Of a stretch of 64,000 nucleotides of DNA, positions 1 to 13,410 are shown in pieces (positions within the stretch are counted from its first letter, which is position 1; every line of letters begins with the position of its first letter). The DNA is taken from the NCBI RefSeq assembly GCF_004010195.1, contig NC_057751.1, positions 2,178,434-2,242,433 of the forward strand. The letters are read 5' to 3'. A program made the translations under genes and the position numbers. The notes under the pieces were generated by a model. It was not told where the DNA came from, ran no database searches, and saw only the letters and a program-made list of their open reading frames with translations. Origin of the DNA: Chiloscyllium plagiosum (Eukaryota).

Positions 1-560
1 GGGCGGAAGTGGTGGTGACCACGGCAGTAGGGGTGGCGGAAGTCACTGAGCATGTGGCATCAGCGATGATGTGAAGGACAGAAGTGATGTCACGTGTGAT
101 GCATGAGGAATTGTGAGGGGTGGAAGTGGTTGTGGGAGCGGCCATGATGGGGGTGGATGTGACATCATCAATCAGCGTGGGGGTGGCAGCTGCATCAGCA
201 GCATGGATAATGGCGTCTGAGTAGATTCCGAGGCCAGGGGAATCTTCTGGAATGTTTGAGGAGCGCTGGTTATGGAGGTGGGTAGATAAAAGTTTGTTGT
301 ACTTACAGTTTTTGATGTTTGAGATGGAATTGAAATACTGTTTGTTGAGAGTATGGATTCTCCTGAGGATGTAATACAGAATGGGTCCTTTGCAATTCTG
401 AGAGTGTGGACCTCAGCTGAGGCAGGGCTGACTGTAGAGAGGTTTGGTGCCGGCGCATTGCTGCAAGTGTGGAGCGGAGGATCTTGAAGGAGAACTGTTG
501 CTGGTGTTTTTGAATCTCAGTTGGGGCCACATAACCTGGTTCTGCTGTGCATGTAGAGGC
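1..560 (-). mobile_element. Penelope-like element ORF fragment (N-terminal region plus low-complexity linker), frameshifted
   Basis: Minus-strand peptide IQKHQQQFSFKILRSTLAAMRRH..LQSALPQLRSTLS resembles the N-terminal region of shark Penelope-like ORFs, followed by a repetitive GC-rich linker. Recognition only. Confidence 0.55.
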
Positions 561-1955
561 AGGCACTGAGGAAGCAAATGTGGCTGTGGTAGCGAGTTTG
601 GTTGAAGTGTGTCATGATCACTGTTGATACTAATACAGGACAAGTCAGATCCCAGTGTGAAACCTGACTTGATAAATCATAAGTTTAATTTTATAAGCAA
701 AGCTATATTAAGAAGACTGTTTAGAGAGACTGTAACACTATCAGCAAAACAAAGCTTCAACCTGGCATAGATACTCAAACTCAGAGAAATATCACCCCTA
801 TCTCAACTCTTTAAATTCTTACTTAAATGATACTTTTCAGATCTCCATCTGGGTCAGCTGAAACAGTTTTATGACTTCTTTCCAATTCAGTTGACCTGAA
901 TTTCATTTCATTTCTGATAAACCTCCATTTAGTTCAAACTTCTAAACAAACTCTTGTAGCTTGAAGACATTACAAACTAAAACCCGTGTGCTCGAGTGCT
1001 AATTATTGTCCTGAAATGTGCTCCTGATTCTTCAGACTGAAGTCAAAACAAAACTAGTGGTCACAGTCTGTTTTCTGTCACAATCTCAACAGTATAAACA
1101 TATGAACTGTTAATATGATTCTCACTGTTAAATGATTCTGCAATGGACTTAACTGAATTAATGCTTTTTTGGAAATGATGTTCTTTGGTCACTGTTCCAA
1201 ATGACTTTCTGATCTTTTCGAAAGTTACGTTGACAGAACTGAAACCAGAATTCATCATTTTAGAAATCCAAAAATGGTGATAATGCCTGATGCACCTTTG
1301 GCACAAGGGCCTTGAGAGATTCACTGCTTGAATTGCTCCCATGTTAGACACACAAAAAGCAGGGCAAACGTTCAAAGGAAACAAGTTGAAACAACAGTGA
1401 ATTGTAACAATAAAAACACCTGAAGCTAACCACTTAAAAGAAATGGCTCAGATATCTAACCTCTCTGAGTATTGAATATCTCATAGAACTTAAGTGTTTG
1501 TAAACTGCCAAAATGATTTTTCTTTTAAAAAGCTGCAATAAAAATGTAATAAACAACCAGGGAAGGGCAAACAGTCATTCCCTTGCTGAAATTATTGATA
1601 GGCTTCAGACAGTCAACAAACGAGTAACTTAATCCTGTTCAGACAGTGGTTTGTTCAGGCAAATTTTCCAATGACTGAGAAACTTGTAACAAAGTTGACA
1701 AGAGTTAAAATGTGAAAGATGACTGGAGTTATCAGCAACAGATATTCATGGAGTGAATTCCCTCTGTCTTGAAACCTTTTTGATTCAAGAAAAACAAAAG
1801 TGAAGTGAAACTGAGTGAGTCAGTAATGAAGAACAGTAATGACACAAGATTAGTTAATATCCTCTACTTGGTAAAACATTTGTTTTATCATTGAACAACC
1901 TTCAATGGGAATGCAAAGTGTGAGAGCACTGAGTTGCTAAGTGTTACCTCAGATT

Positions 1956-2822
1956 GTAAAAATAAGAGAACTGGCTTTAATTAATATAATTTATCAAGTG
2001 AGAGGTCTATTGTCCAAAGGATTCAGTTTCTTTTACTTCAATTAAAATATCTTATTGGTTAGGTGCGTGTGTGGATTGTGACTAAAAGGTTGAGTTGTGA
2101 AACTCAACCAGTTGAGTCCAGCTGAATGCCATGTTGCTGCTCTCAAACATTCTTCATGAGACAAAACAAGCATACGATAATACTGCATTTCAAAAGGAAA
2201 TACTTTCATTCCTATTATACTTTTCAGAAACATTCAAGTGCTTCACAGTCAATGCAGTCCATTTTGAAAAAAATGCGTTACTTTTGCAGTATCAGAAAAA
2301 GCACAGCCAATTTGCACAGAGAGAGCTCCCAGAAATGTCACCTGGTCAGAGAGCAAGTGCCGTAGAGAGAGAAATTCATGCACAGCTAACATCTTACTCT
2401 CAGAGAAATTATAAGACTCTCTATCAAAGGTACCTTTTCATGTGAAACACACTCGCAGTTAAAAGAAAGAAGACAACCCAGGAAAATCCTCAGCTGGAAA
2501 AGTGAAGACACAGAACAAGACAGCGGCTGTATGGTTTTGAAATTAAGCTGATGCAATTTTAATAAGTACCTTATTGATATAGCATATTGGTATAGAGTTG
2601 GAGGCAGATAGTAAGCAGTTAAGAGAAAGGGGGCTCAGAGTTGTGAATAGTTTTTGTTTAATGTTCACTTTTAGAATCAGAAAATAAATTGATGTTATTT
2701 TCTTTAAATGGTGGAATTTGGGAGTTCTCTGTCACTCATATTTTAACAGATTAAGAGGCAAGGTGAGTTTTTCTGGGTATTTAGTTTAATTAATAGAAAA
2801 GGTTTGCCTCTGTGTCATAACA
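1956..2822 (+). mobile_element. Solo-LTR-like segment
   Basis: TGTAA...CATAACA termini. The 3' part resembles the reverse complement of the start of 14508-15289. Confidence 0.4.
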
Positions 2823-2834
2823 CTTCATAACATG

Positions 2835-3030
2835 CTTCTGTGTTACTGACCGAGAGGTAAATATTGGCCAGGACTCTGGGAATAACTCCTCTGCGTTGTG
2901 TGGAATTTTTTACATGTACTAAGGCAGGCAGGTGGAACCCCGATTTCACACTGCTTCTCAAAGACTGCATCCCCAACAGTGCAGTGCTCCCTTAGTACTG
3001 CAATGGTCATTCAGTTCTAAATTTCTGCGC
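2835..3030 (-). mobile_element. DeuSINE (SacSINE1/AmnSINE1-like) relic
   Basis: Motifs taaatattggccaggac...aactcctctgc and acagtgcagtgctcccttagtactgca, typical of the Deu-domain SINE body. Confidence 0.5.
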
Positions 3031-3339
3031 TTATCAACTTCATGAAGCTGGAGCTGTGCTAAAGACTGAACATGGCTAGCTTTGCATGATAGAAGTAGGC
3101 TATTCAGCCTATCCAAGAAAATGTTTAAACAAAGAAAATACGACACAATGTGATTGACAAAACAAACAACTGTCGTCTCTCTTCACTGGCAATGATAGAG
3201 AAATTCTGTATTTTTCTGCATTGCCATTTCCACACATGATCTGATGATTTAAAAAACATTTGTGGGTGTGGACATCATGAGCTTTGTGCTTTGAAATTCC
3301 CTTCTTGCAGGTAGTGGTTTTTTCCACATATCTGCTGTG

Positions 3340-4740
3340 TTTGTCTTTCCAGATGGTCATGATGATGGGTCTGGAAGGTGCTGTCTGAGAATCTGAGTTG
3401 AATTTCTGGAGTGTCGCTTGGAACAGTACACACTGCTTCTACTGAGCATTAGTAGTGGAGCAAGTGAATGTTTGGTGATGCAGTGCCAACCAAGTAGGAT
3501 GTTTTGTCCCAGATGGTGCTAAACTTCTTGTCCCAGATGGAGCAACTGCGAAGTATTCCATCACCTTCCTGAACTGCACCTTATAGGTGGTGCACAGAAT
3601 TCCTTCTGTGCAGGAGCGTAGTTTTTCACTGCAGGTTTCAGAGCCTTTGATCTACTTTTGCAGCTACAGTACTTAGATAGCAACTGATGAAAATGTGTTG
3701 CTGGAAAAGCGCAGCAGGTCAGGCAGCATCCAAGGAACAGGAGAATCGACGTTTCGGGCATAAGCCCTTCTTCGGGCTTATGCCCGAAACGCCAATTCTC
3801 CTGTTCCTTGGATGCTGCCTGACCTGCTGCGCTTTTCCAGCAACACATTTTCAGCTCTGATCTCCAGCAGCTGCAGTCCTCACTTTCTCCTCCTACTTAG
3901 ATAGCAAGCCCAGTTCAGTCTCCCCAGGATGTTCATGGTGGGGGGCATTCAGTCATGGTAATGCTATTAAATGGGAAATGGCTTGAGTCTGTCTTGGTGA
4001 AAAAGGTCATTGTCTGGCACTTATTTGTCATAAATGTCAGACCAAACCTGGATGTTATTTGGAAATGAATTGCTTCAGTATCTGAGAAGCCATGAATGGA
4101 ACACTGGTGAACATCCCAATTCAGACCTTATGGTAGAGGGATGGTCATTGAGGAAGCAGCTGAAGATGGTTGGGCCTCGGATAATACCGCAAAGAATTCC
4201 TGCAGGGATGTCCTGTAGCAGAGATGACTGAACTCGAATGACCACAACCATGATCCTTTGTGTTTCTAACCAGCAGCATTGCCTTGTTTTTTGCTGGGGT
4301 TCCTTGATTCTATAGTGTTTTAAGTGCAACCTTGATGTCAAGGACAGTCACTCTCACTAAACCTCTGGAATTCAGCTCGTTTTTCCAAGTTTTAAACACA
4401 AAGTGAATCTTGTGGAACCCAAACTAAGCATCAGTGAGCAGGTTATTGCTTAGCAAGTGCTCCTTGGTAACACCTTTCAACCACTTTACTGATGATCGAG
4501 GGTAGACTGATGGCATGATGATTGACTACTTTGGATTTGTACGACTTTTTGTGGATGGGACATAGCTGGGCAATTTTCCATTTTCTTCGGGAGATACCAA
4601 TGTTGTTGCAATATTGGAACGGTTTGTCTTGGGGCGCAGCAGGTTCTCGAGTTCAAGCTTTTAGTACTGTTGCAGGGCCTATCATCTTTGGAGAATCCAG
4701 TGCTTCCAGTCATTTCTTGATATCACATGAAGGGGATCAA
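3340..4740 (-). mobile_element. Old LINE (L2/Crack/Daphne-like) 3' fragment, interrupted at 3684-3893
   Basis: Similar to the reverse-strand LINE at 61480-62530 (gtgccaaccaag...ttgtcccagatgg; cccagttcag...ccccaggatgtt). Confidence 0.6.
3684..3893. mobile_element. Fold-back Penelope-derived short element (family A) with hammerhead-like centre
   Basis: Near-perfect inverted arms centred on gtttcgggcataagcccttcttcgggcttatgcccgaaac. 14-bp TSD TACTTAGATAGCAA at 3670-3683 and 3894-3907. Confidence 0.85.
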
Positions 4741-4761
4741 ATGCAGACTTTTCTCAGGAGA

Positions 4762-5095
4762 TGCAAGGTTTGTGAAGGTTTGTAGGTCAGGTTGAGATTT
4801 AGGGTGTAGGTTTGCTCGCTGAGCTGTAGGTTTGATATCCAGACGTTTCGTTACCATCATCAGTGGCGACCTCCAAGTGAAGCGAAGCTGTTGTCTCCTG
4901 CTTTCTATTTATATCTTTCTCCTGGATGGGGTTCCTGGGGACATCACCACAAACCCCAGGAACCCCATTCAGAAGAAAGATATAAACAGGAAGCAGGAGA
5001 CAACACTCGGAGGTCGCCACTGATGATGTTACCTAGCCAGGTAATGAAACATATGGATATCAAATGTACAGCTCAGCGAGAAAACCTACACCCTA
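4762..5095. mobile_element. Fold-back Penelope pLTR element (family B) with hammerhead motif at 5020-5050
   Basis: Inverted arms ~4800-4940 and ~4953-5095. CTGATGA-T-GTTACC-loop-GGTAAT-GAAAC at 5020-5050. 12-bp TSD TTTCTCAGGAGA at 4750-4761 and 5096-5107. Confidence 0.85.
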
Positions 5096-5223
5096 TTTCT
5101 CAGGAGAGTTATTTCTCTTGTTACGAGATGACTCAAAAATCAAATAAATAATTTCAACCTGTACAGTGGTTTGCGAGAATTGCCTCTTGACACTTTGCAT
5201 CGATCATAGCCTCCTCCCAGCTT

Positions 5224-5371
5224 TGATTTGGAAGAGCCAGTGTTGGACTGGGATGTACGAAGTTAAAAATCACACAACAACAGATTACAGTCCAACAGGT
5301 TTATTTGGAAGCACTAGCTTTCGGAGCGCTGCTCCTTCATCGCCTGATCAACCACCTGATTTTTAACTTTG
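5224..5371 (-). mobile_element. Penelope-derived short element (family C) with short inversion
   Basis: Minus strand gatgaAGGAGCAGCGCTCCgaaagcta. 12-bp TSD TCCTCCCAGCTT at 5212-5223 and 5372-5383. Confidence 0.8.
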
Positions 5372-5889
5372 TCCTCCCAGCTTGTCTTGTTTGACTGCTG
5401 CAACTTTGCACACAACTGTGGATTTTTGACCAAATTTCCAAGGATGTTGCATCAGTGGAACCAAACTGACTTAGAGAAAATTCCCATTCATGATTCTACT
5501 TATCAGTTAATGGATAACTGGGACAGAATTAGCCATTGGGCATTGCAAATTGGTGTGTGTTCTTGGCACTGTAAAGTCAATCATTGTCAAATCTATTGAT
5601 TAGCCAATTCCTTAGTTCATTAACTCGTCTAATTCTTTGAAATATAATTTAAGAAGACCTTATCAACTACTCTAATCCCTGAGAGACAGTGATGCTTTCA
5701 AACTTTCAAGAATCTCGATGCCTGTCTGAATGATTTAGGCTCTGACCTTAATAAATGCATAAGGGATTTTCCTAATTTTTTTTTGGATGGGTGGACTGGC
5801 CAGGCTAAAATTGCCTGTAGAGTCTAGGGATGTGCAGGCGAGGTGGATTAGCCATGGTAAATGCAGGGTTACATCGAACGTAGAACATT

Positions 5890-8800
5890 AAACTAATATG
5901 GCAGGGGACTGGGAACCAGAAGAGAAAACAAATAGGCAGCAAGGTGGAGACTGTAGACTGTAAGAATTATGAAGATAACATTAATAAAGGGAAGAATAGG
6001 CAGAGAGCAGGTAAGCGCAAAAGAACTGGTGGCCTGAATGCATCTACTTTAATGCAAGGAGTATAGAGTGTAAGGCAGATGAACTTAGGGGTTGGATTGG
6101 TGCCTGGGAGTATGACATTATTGCCGTCACAGAGACTTGAAGGAAGGGTATGATGATTGGCAACTAAATGTTCCAGGATATAGATGCTTCAGACAGGACA
6201 GTGAGGGAAGTAAAAGTGGGGGTGGAGTTGCATTGCTGGTCAGGGATGATATCACGGCTGTGCTAAAGGAGGACACTGTGGCAGTCTTGGGTGGTGAGGC
6301 ATTATGGGTGGAGATGAGAAATAAGAAAGGTGCAGTTACATTGTTGGGGCTGATTTACAGACCTCCCAACAGTGAGCGTGAGGTAGAAGAACAAATAGGT
6401 AAACAGATTATGAATAGGTATAGAGGCAATAGGGGAGTGGTGATGGGAGATTTTAATTTTCCCAACATTGACTGGGATACACTTAGCGTCAAAGGTCTAG
6501 ATGGGGTAGAATGTGTACGAAGCATCCAGGAGAGTTTTCTAGAGCAGTATGTCAATAGTCTTACGAGGGAAGGGGCCATATTGGACCTGGTACTGGGGAA
6601 CGAGCCAGGACAAGTGGTAGAAATTGTGGTGGGGGATTTCTTTGGGAACAGTGACCACAATTCTGTAAGTTTTAGAATACTCGTAGATAAAGAAGAGAGT
6701 GGTCCTCAGGGAAGAGTACTATACTGGGCCAAAGTCAATTATGTCAAAATTAGGCAGGAGCTGGGAAATGTGGATTGGACACAGCTATTTGAAGGGAAGT
6801 TCATATTTGAGATGTGGGAGGCTTTCAAAGATAGGTTAACGGTAGTGCAGGATAGGCATGTCCCGTTGAAGGCAAAGGATAGGAAGGGCAAGATTCGTGA
6901 ACTGTGGATGACAGCAGAAATTGTACGACTAGCCAAGAGGAAAAGGCAGCACGGTGGCACAGTGGTTAGCACTGCTGCCTCACAGCGCCTGAGACCCGGG
7001 TTCAATTCCCGCCTCAGGCGACTGACTGTGTGGAGTTTGCACGTTCTCCCCGTGTCTGCGTGGGTTTCCTCCGGGTGCTCCGGTTTCCTCCCACAGTCCA
7101 AAAAGATGTGCAGGGTCAGGTGAATTGGCCATGCTAAATTGCCCGTAGTGTTAGGTAAGGGGTAAATGTAGGGGTATGGGTGGGTTTCGCTTCGGCGGGT
7201 CGGTGTGGACTTGTTGGGCCGAAGGGCCTGTTTCCATACTGTAATGTAATCTAATCTAAAAGAACAGTATGGGCCCTGGAGGAATATCGGAAGAGTAGGA
7301 CAAGTCTTAAACAAGGAATCAAGCGGGCGGAAAGGGGTCATGAAATAGCTTTAGCAAGCAGAATTAAGGAGAATCCCAAAACATTTTATCCTTATGTAAG
7401 AAGCAAGCGGGTAACTAGAGAAAGGATTAGTCCACTAAAAGAAAATGAAGGAAGGCTGTGTGCCGAACCTGAGAGAATGGGTGAGATTCTGAATGATTAC
7501 TTTGCATCAGTGTTCACTGAGGAGAGGAACATGATGAATCTTGAGATTAGAGATAGAAGTTTGATTAGTCTGGATCACATTGGCATAAGTAGGGAAGATG
7601 TGTTGGGTATGCTAGAGGTTATTAAGGTGGACAAATCCCCAGGACCGGATGGGATCCATCCCAGGTTGCTGAAGGAGGCGAGAGCGGAAATAGCTGGGGC
7701 CATGACAGATTTCTTTGTGGCATCCTTAAATACAGGTGACGTGCCGGAGAACTGGAGGGTAGCTTATGTTGTGCCCCTGTACAAGAAGGGTAGTAGGGAT
7801 ATTCTGGGTAACTTTAGACCAGTGGGCCTGACGTCAGTGGTGGGGAAGTTGCTGGAGAGGGTACTAAGAGATAGGATCTATTTATAGTTAGAAAAGAATG
7901 AGCTTATCAGTGATAGGCAACATGGTTTTGTGCAGGGGAGATTGTGCCTTACCAACTTAGTAGAGTTCTTTGAGAAAGTGACCAAGTTGTTAGATGAAAG
8001 AAGGCTGTTGAGGTCATATACATGGACTTTAGTAAAGTGTTTGATAAGGTTCCCCATTGTAGACTAATGGAGAAAGTGAAGTCACATGGTGTGCAGGGTG
8101 TTCTAGCTAGGTGGATAAAGAACTAGTTGAGCAACAGGAGACAGAGAATAGTAGTTGAAGGGAGTTTCTCGAAATGGAGAAAGGTGACCAGTGGTGTTCC
8201 ACAAAGGTCAGTGTTGGGGGCCACTGTTGCTTGTAATATACATTAATGATCTAGAAGAGGGCACTGTTGGTATGATCAGCAAGTTTGCAGATGACAAAAA
8301 GATTAGTGGAGTAGCAGAAAGCATAAGGCACTGTCAGAGAATACAGGAGAATATAGATAGACTGGAGAGTTGGGCGGTAAAGTGGCAGATGGCTTTCAAT
8401 CCAGACAAATGTGAGGTGATGCATTTTGGCAAGTCTAATTCTAGAGTGAATTATACAATGAACGGAAGAGCCTTGGGAAAAGTTGATGGGCAGAGAGATC
8501 TGGGAGTGCAGGTCCATTGTACCCTGAAGGTTGCTGCACAGTTGGATAGAGTGGTCAAGAATATGGTATGCTTGCCTTCATTGGAACGGGTATTGAGTAT
8601 AAGAGCTGGAAAGTCATGTTAAAATTGTACAAGACATTGGTTCGTCTGCATTTAGAATATTGTGTAAGTTCTGGTCACCACATTACCCAAAGGATGTGGA
8701 CGCTTTGGAGAGGGTGCAGAGAAGGTTTTACGAGGATGTTGCCTGGTATGGAAGGTGCTAGCTATGAAGAGAGGTTGAGTAGGTTAGGTTTGTTTTCGAT

Positions 8801-9170
8801 TGAGGGGGGACCTGATTGAGGTTTACAAAATTATGAAGGATATAGACAGGGTGGATAGAGACGAGCTTTTTCCCAGGGTGAAGGATTCAATAACCAGAGG
8901 TCATGCTTTCAAGGTGAGATGTGGAAAGTTTAAGGGGGGATACATGCGGCAAATACTTCACACACAGGGTGGTGGGCATTTAGAACGCATTGCCAGCAGA
9001 GGTGGTAGAGGCAGGCACGGGAGATTCATTTAAGATGCATCTGGACAGATGCATGAGTAGGTGGGGAGCAGAGGGATACAAATGCTTAGGAATTGACCGA
9101 CAGGTTTAGACAGTAGATTTGGATCGGCTCAGGCTTGAAGGGCTGAAGGGCCTGTTCCTGGGCTATAGTC
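5890..9170 (+). mobile_element. CR1 LINE ORF2 (APE endonuclease + reverse transcriptase), degraded, with 3' UTR
   Basis: GGGVALLV, YRPPN, MGDFNFPNIDW, LDLVLGN, SDHN (APE); KSPGPDGIHPR, QHGF, KFADD, FNPDKCEVMHFG (RT); stops and frameshifts. Confidence 0.95.
6945..7258 (+). mobile_element. HE1-type V-SINE inserted in the CR1
   Basis: tRNA-derived head GGTGGCACAGTGGTTAGC...GGTTCAATTCC, V-domain GTGTGGAGTTTGCACGTTCTCCCCGTG, CR1-like tail and ATCTA repeat. Confidence 0.93.
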
Positions 9171-9179
9171 AGTCCACAG

Positions 9180-10420
9180 GTGGACTGACCTGTGGAACCA
9201 ATCTGAGGCCCATCTAACCTACACTATTCCATTCTTGCCCATATGCCTATCCAATGACCATTTAAATGCCCTTAAAGTTGGCGAGTCTACCACTGTTGCA
9301 GGGAGTGTTCCATGCCCCTACTACTCTGAGTAAAGAAACTACTTCTGACATCTGTCCTAAATCTATCACCCTTCATTTTAAAGCTCTGTCCCTTTGTGCT
9401 CACCATCACTATCCAAGGAAAAAGGCTGTCACTGTCCAACCTACCTAACCCTCCGATTATCTTATATGTCTCAATTAAGTCACCTCTCAACTGTCTTCTC
9501 TTGAATGAAAACAGCCTCAAGTCCCTCAGCCTTTCCTCATAAGACCCTCCCTCCATACCAGGCAACATCCTAGTAAATCTTCTCTGAACCCTTTCCAAAG
9601 CTTCCCTTCCCACATCCTTCCTATAATGTGGTGACAGAACTATACACAATACTCTAAATGTGGTCATACCAGAGTTTTGTACAGATGCAGCACGATCTCA
9701 TAGTTCTGAAACTCAATCCCTTGACCAATACAAGCTAACACACTGTTTGCCTTCTTTACAACCCGATTGAGCTGGGTGGCAACTTTCAAGGATCTAGGTA
9801 CTTGGACACCGAGATCTCTCTGCTCATCTACACTGCCAAGAATCTTACCCTTAGCCCAGTACTCTGCATTCCTGTTACTCCTTCCAAAGTGAATCACCTC
9901 ATACTTTTCTGTATTAAACTCCATTTTCCCGCCTCAGGCGACTGACTGTGTGGAGTTTGCACATTCTCCCCGTGTCTGCGTGGGTTTCCTCCGGGTGCTC
10001 CGGTTTCCTCCCACAGTCCAAAAACGTGCAGGTTAGGTGAATTGGCCATGCTAAATTGCCCGTAGTGTTAGGGGTAGGGGAATGGGTCTGGGTGGGTTGC
10101 GCTTCGGCGGGTCGGTGTGGACTTGTTGGGCTGAAGGGCCTGTTTCCACACTGTAAGTAATCTAATCTAATCTAAATTTGCCACTTCCCAACCCAGCTCT
10201 TCACCACTATCCACAACTTTACCGATCTTAGTGTCATCTGCAAATTTACTAACCCAACCTTCTATGTCCTCATCCAAGTCATTTATAAAAATGACAAAGA
10301 ACAATGGACCCAAAACAGACACTTGCGGTACCACACTAGTAACTAAACTCTAGGACGAATATTTCACATCAACCACTACCCTCTGTCTCCTTTCAGCTCA
10401 CCAATTTCTGATCCAAACCA
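9180..10420 (-). mobile_element. CR1 LINE 3' fragment
   Basis: Minus ORFs MEFNTEKYEVIHFG and LERVQRRFTRMLPG...RGDLIETYKI. Confidence 0.9.
9925..10175 (+). mobile_element. 5'-truncated HE1-type V-SINE nested in the CR1
   Basis: Near-identical to 7006-7258; (ATCTA)n tail. Confidence 0.9.
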
Positions 10421-11024
10421 CTAAATTCATTGGGTTTGATAATGGGTTTATGGGGATGTAAGTGGGGCACGAGAGTCTGGGGGATGCTCTTGAAGGTTGG
10501 TGTAGATTTGATGGACCAAATGGCCTTTATCTTTACTGTAGGGACTCTATGATTTTTGCATATAATGTAACAGCCAGAGCAAGCCATTCCAAAATTTGCT
10601 GCAGCAACTCAGCCAGGTACCTTCACCAGCATCCCCCAAACCCATGACCCCCATCTCCCATAAGGTCAAGGACAGCAGATGCAAGTTCCCCACAAAGCTA
10701 CATATCATCCTGACTTGGAAACATAATCCCTTTCTTCAGTGTCATCAATGATTAAGTGCTGACGTGCAGCTCTCGAATCCAGTGAAGCCCAGTGTCTAAG
10801 GAAGAGACATGGCATGCATTCTCATTGAGGCAGTCCATGATGGAGCAGTTTGTAAGGAAATTTCAAAGCTCAATCTTTGAAAATGAAGAGGTGGAATGTC
10901 TCTTAAAGAAGAAGAGTTTTAATAAGATTTGATGACCCCCAATGTTGCTCATGTCTGAAATATTGTTGAAAAATTTGGGGATTTTGTCTTGACTACACTT
11001 GCAATTTTCTATATTTCATGAGAC

Positions 11025-11610
11025 AGAACAGAGGAACAATGTTGTGCCAAACATGATGCCAAATTAAACTCCTCCCTTCTGCCTGCCCATTTCATGCATA
11101 TTCATGTGATTATTTAAAAGTCTGTTAAAGGCCTCTATCATATCGATCTCCACCACCACCCATGGTGGCAGCACATTCCACATTCTTATCTCTCTGTGTA
11201 AAAAAACTTGCCCCTCACATCTGCTTTGAACTTTCGCCCTCTCACCTTAAATGCATGCCCTCTAGTTTCAGACATTTCAATTCTTGAAAAAAAGATTCTA
11301 ACTGTCAACTCATCATTTTATCGATTTCTATCAAGTCTCCCCTCAGCCTCTGCTGCTCCAGAGAAAACAACCCAAACTTGTCTAGTTTCTTCTTATCGTT
11401 CATACCCTCTAATCCAGGCATCCTGCTAAACCTCTTCTGCATTCTTTTCAAAGACTCCACATCCTTCCTGCAATGTGGCGACGAGAATTGAACATACAGC
11501 TGCAACATGACATCCTGACTCGAGTACTCAATTCCCTGATCAATAAAGGCAAGTATGCCAAACGTCTTCTTTAACACCCTACCTACTTGTATGGCTATTT
11601 TCAGGGAGCT
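11025..11610 (-). mobile_element. CR1 LINE 3' fragment
   Basis: Minus ORF LAFIDQGIEY...RLRGDLIE plus CR1 3' UTR. Confidence 0.85.
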
Positions 11611-13410
11611 ACTTAACCACTTGAGAAACTTCTACGCTGTCCATATTTGGCCCATACTAGTTCTGGATGTTCGAACTTAAGTTGTGTGTTTGCATTATAT
11701 CGACTATGTATATAGTCAATTGTCCCACTGTTCTAACTTTGTAAAGTAGGGTTCATTTTGTTTATTTTGTCTGCCACAAAGTCTCAGAAGGATGGTGGCA
11801 AAGTGACTCAGCAGCTGACAGCAATGGGGTCTGAGATCAAGACTGTTCAGCTTTCTCTTTTCAGTGCTTGTAGCTGTATCATGAATGAGACAATATAGTG
11901 TTCAACACAAATCATCCTAGTCAACTGGAAAATTGACACTTTCTACTCAGAGATTTTCCAGCCTTCATTGAACAACATCAACTTGCATTTCTATGGCATC
12001 TTTAATATCGAAAACATCCCATCAAGCTTCACAGGGGTAATTATCACAGAGTCATTAAGGGAGATATTGGGACATGTGATCAAAAGCAAGTGAAGAGGGA
12101 GATTTTTAAGATAGTTTTCTGCTAAAATGGGAATAGTTTTTGGAAGGAATTCTTGAGGTGACGCCCCAGGCAAATGAAGACACAGCTGCCAATACTGCAG
12201 AAATTAAAATTTGGGATGCATAAAATTCAGGGTTCAGGGACACTGGAAAATGTGGGGCTGCAAGAGGTTACTGAGATCGGGAGGGGTAAGACCATGGAAG
12301 AATGTGAAAGAAAGGATGAGAAATTAAAATGAGGTGTTGTCTTTTTGCAGCCAATGCAGGTCAGTGAACATGGAAACCTTGGCTTTCATGTGACTCAGGA
12401 GGTTTTCTCACACAGCCTGTTGAGAGCAGATGACAGCGCAGTACTTTGATGCAGATGCCAAAACCACCTGAATTAGATTTGTGGTAGATCATCAAAATTT
12501 GCCTTTTAAAATACTATGCGTGAGAATTTTGATGAAACAACATGGCCTCATGAACTCGTTTTAGGAAAAACACAATATAGACCACATCCTCCCTGTCACT
12601 CATTGAGGATGTTAGTGAAGGTCAGAGTCATGAAAATATTGAAACAAGGAACAGGCGTAAGTCATTCAGTAAGATCATAGCTGACCCTCCATCCCAATGT
12701 CATATTCTCATTTCCTCTCCATACCACTTGGTGCCATTTAACATACAAAAAAAATTATCCATCGCTTTCTTGAATACACTCAGTGACCCAGCCTCCACAG
12801 CACTCTGTGGAGTGAACTACATAGATTGACTGCCCTCTGAATGAAGAAATATTCCTCTGCTCAGTCTGATCTGCATACTGAGCCTTATCTGGACTCCTTT
12901 ACCAGGAAAGCATCATCCCTGCATCTCAACCGTTATCATTTTAGACATTTCAATCAGATCCTCTCTCATTCTTACAAACTGTGGTGAACACAAGCCCAGT
13001 CGAACTAATCTGTCCTGATAGAACAGTCCTGCCATTCCTAATATCAGTCTTGTGAAGCGTCTCTGCACACCCCTTGGGCAAATCTCAGTTTTCTCATTAT
13101 TGAAGAAGTGCGAAGTTCAAAAAACTTCCTTGAGAGAAGGAACCGCATCCTAACGTTGCAAAAGTATGCCTGGTACCTGAAACAGGGTTGCTAGACCTTC
13201 CATCTGTTGTAGCTGTAAATTAAGGTCTTTATCTGTTCAGCAGAGATGGGTGAACATTTATTTCTGGGATCAAGTCAAGATTTTTGGGGTAAAGATTTCT
13301 CTTTTCACAAACTATAAACATTTGGACATTGTTAATTGAGTTTCTTGTGGACATGTTGCTGTAGTTTGGATTGCTCACCCTTGTGCACTCTCACTCAAAG
13401 GTAAAAGCAA

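Noticed and set aside
3684..3893. miRNA precursors or CRISPR-like repeats
   Set aside because: The hairpins have TSDs and dispersed homologs, so they are retroelement inversions; there is no repeat-spacer array.
6137..7123. 328-aa ORF as a host endonuclease gene
   Set aside because: It is CR1 APE running into an inserted SINE; the downstream RT is broken.
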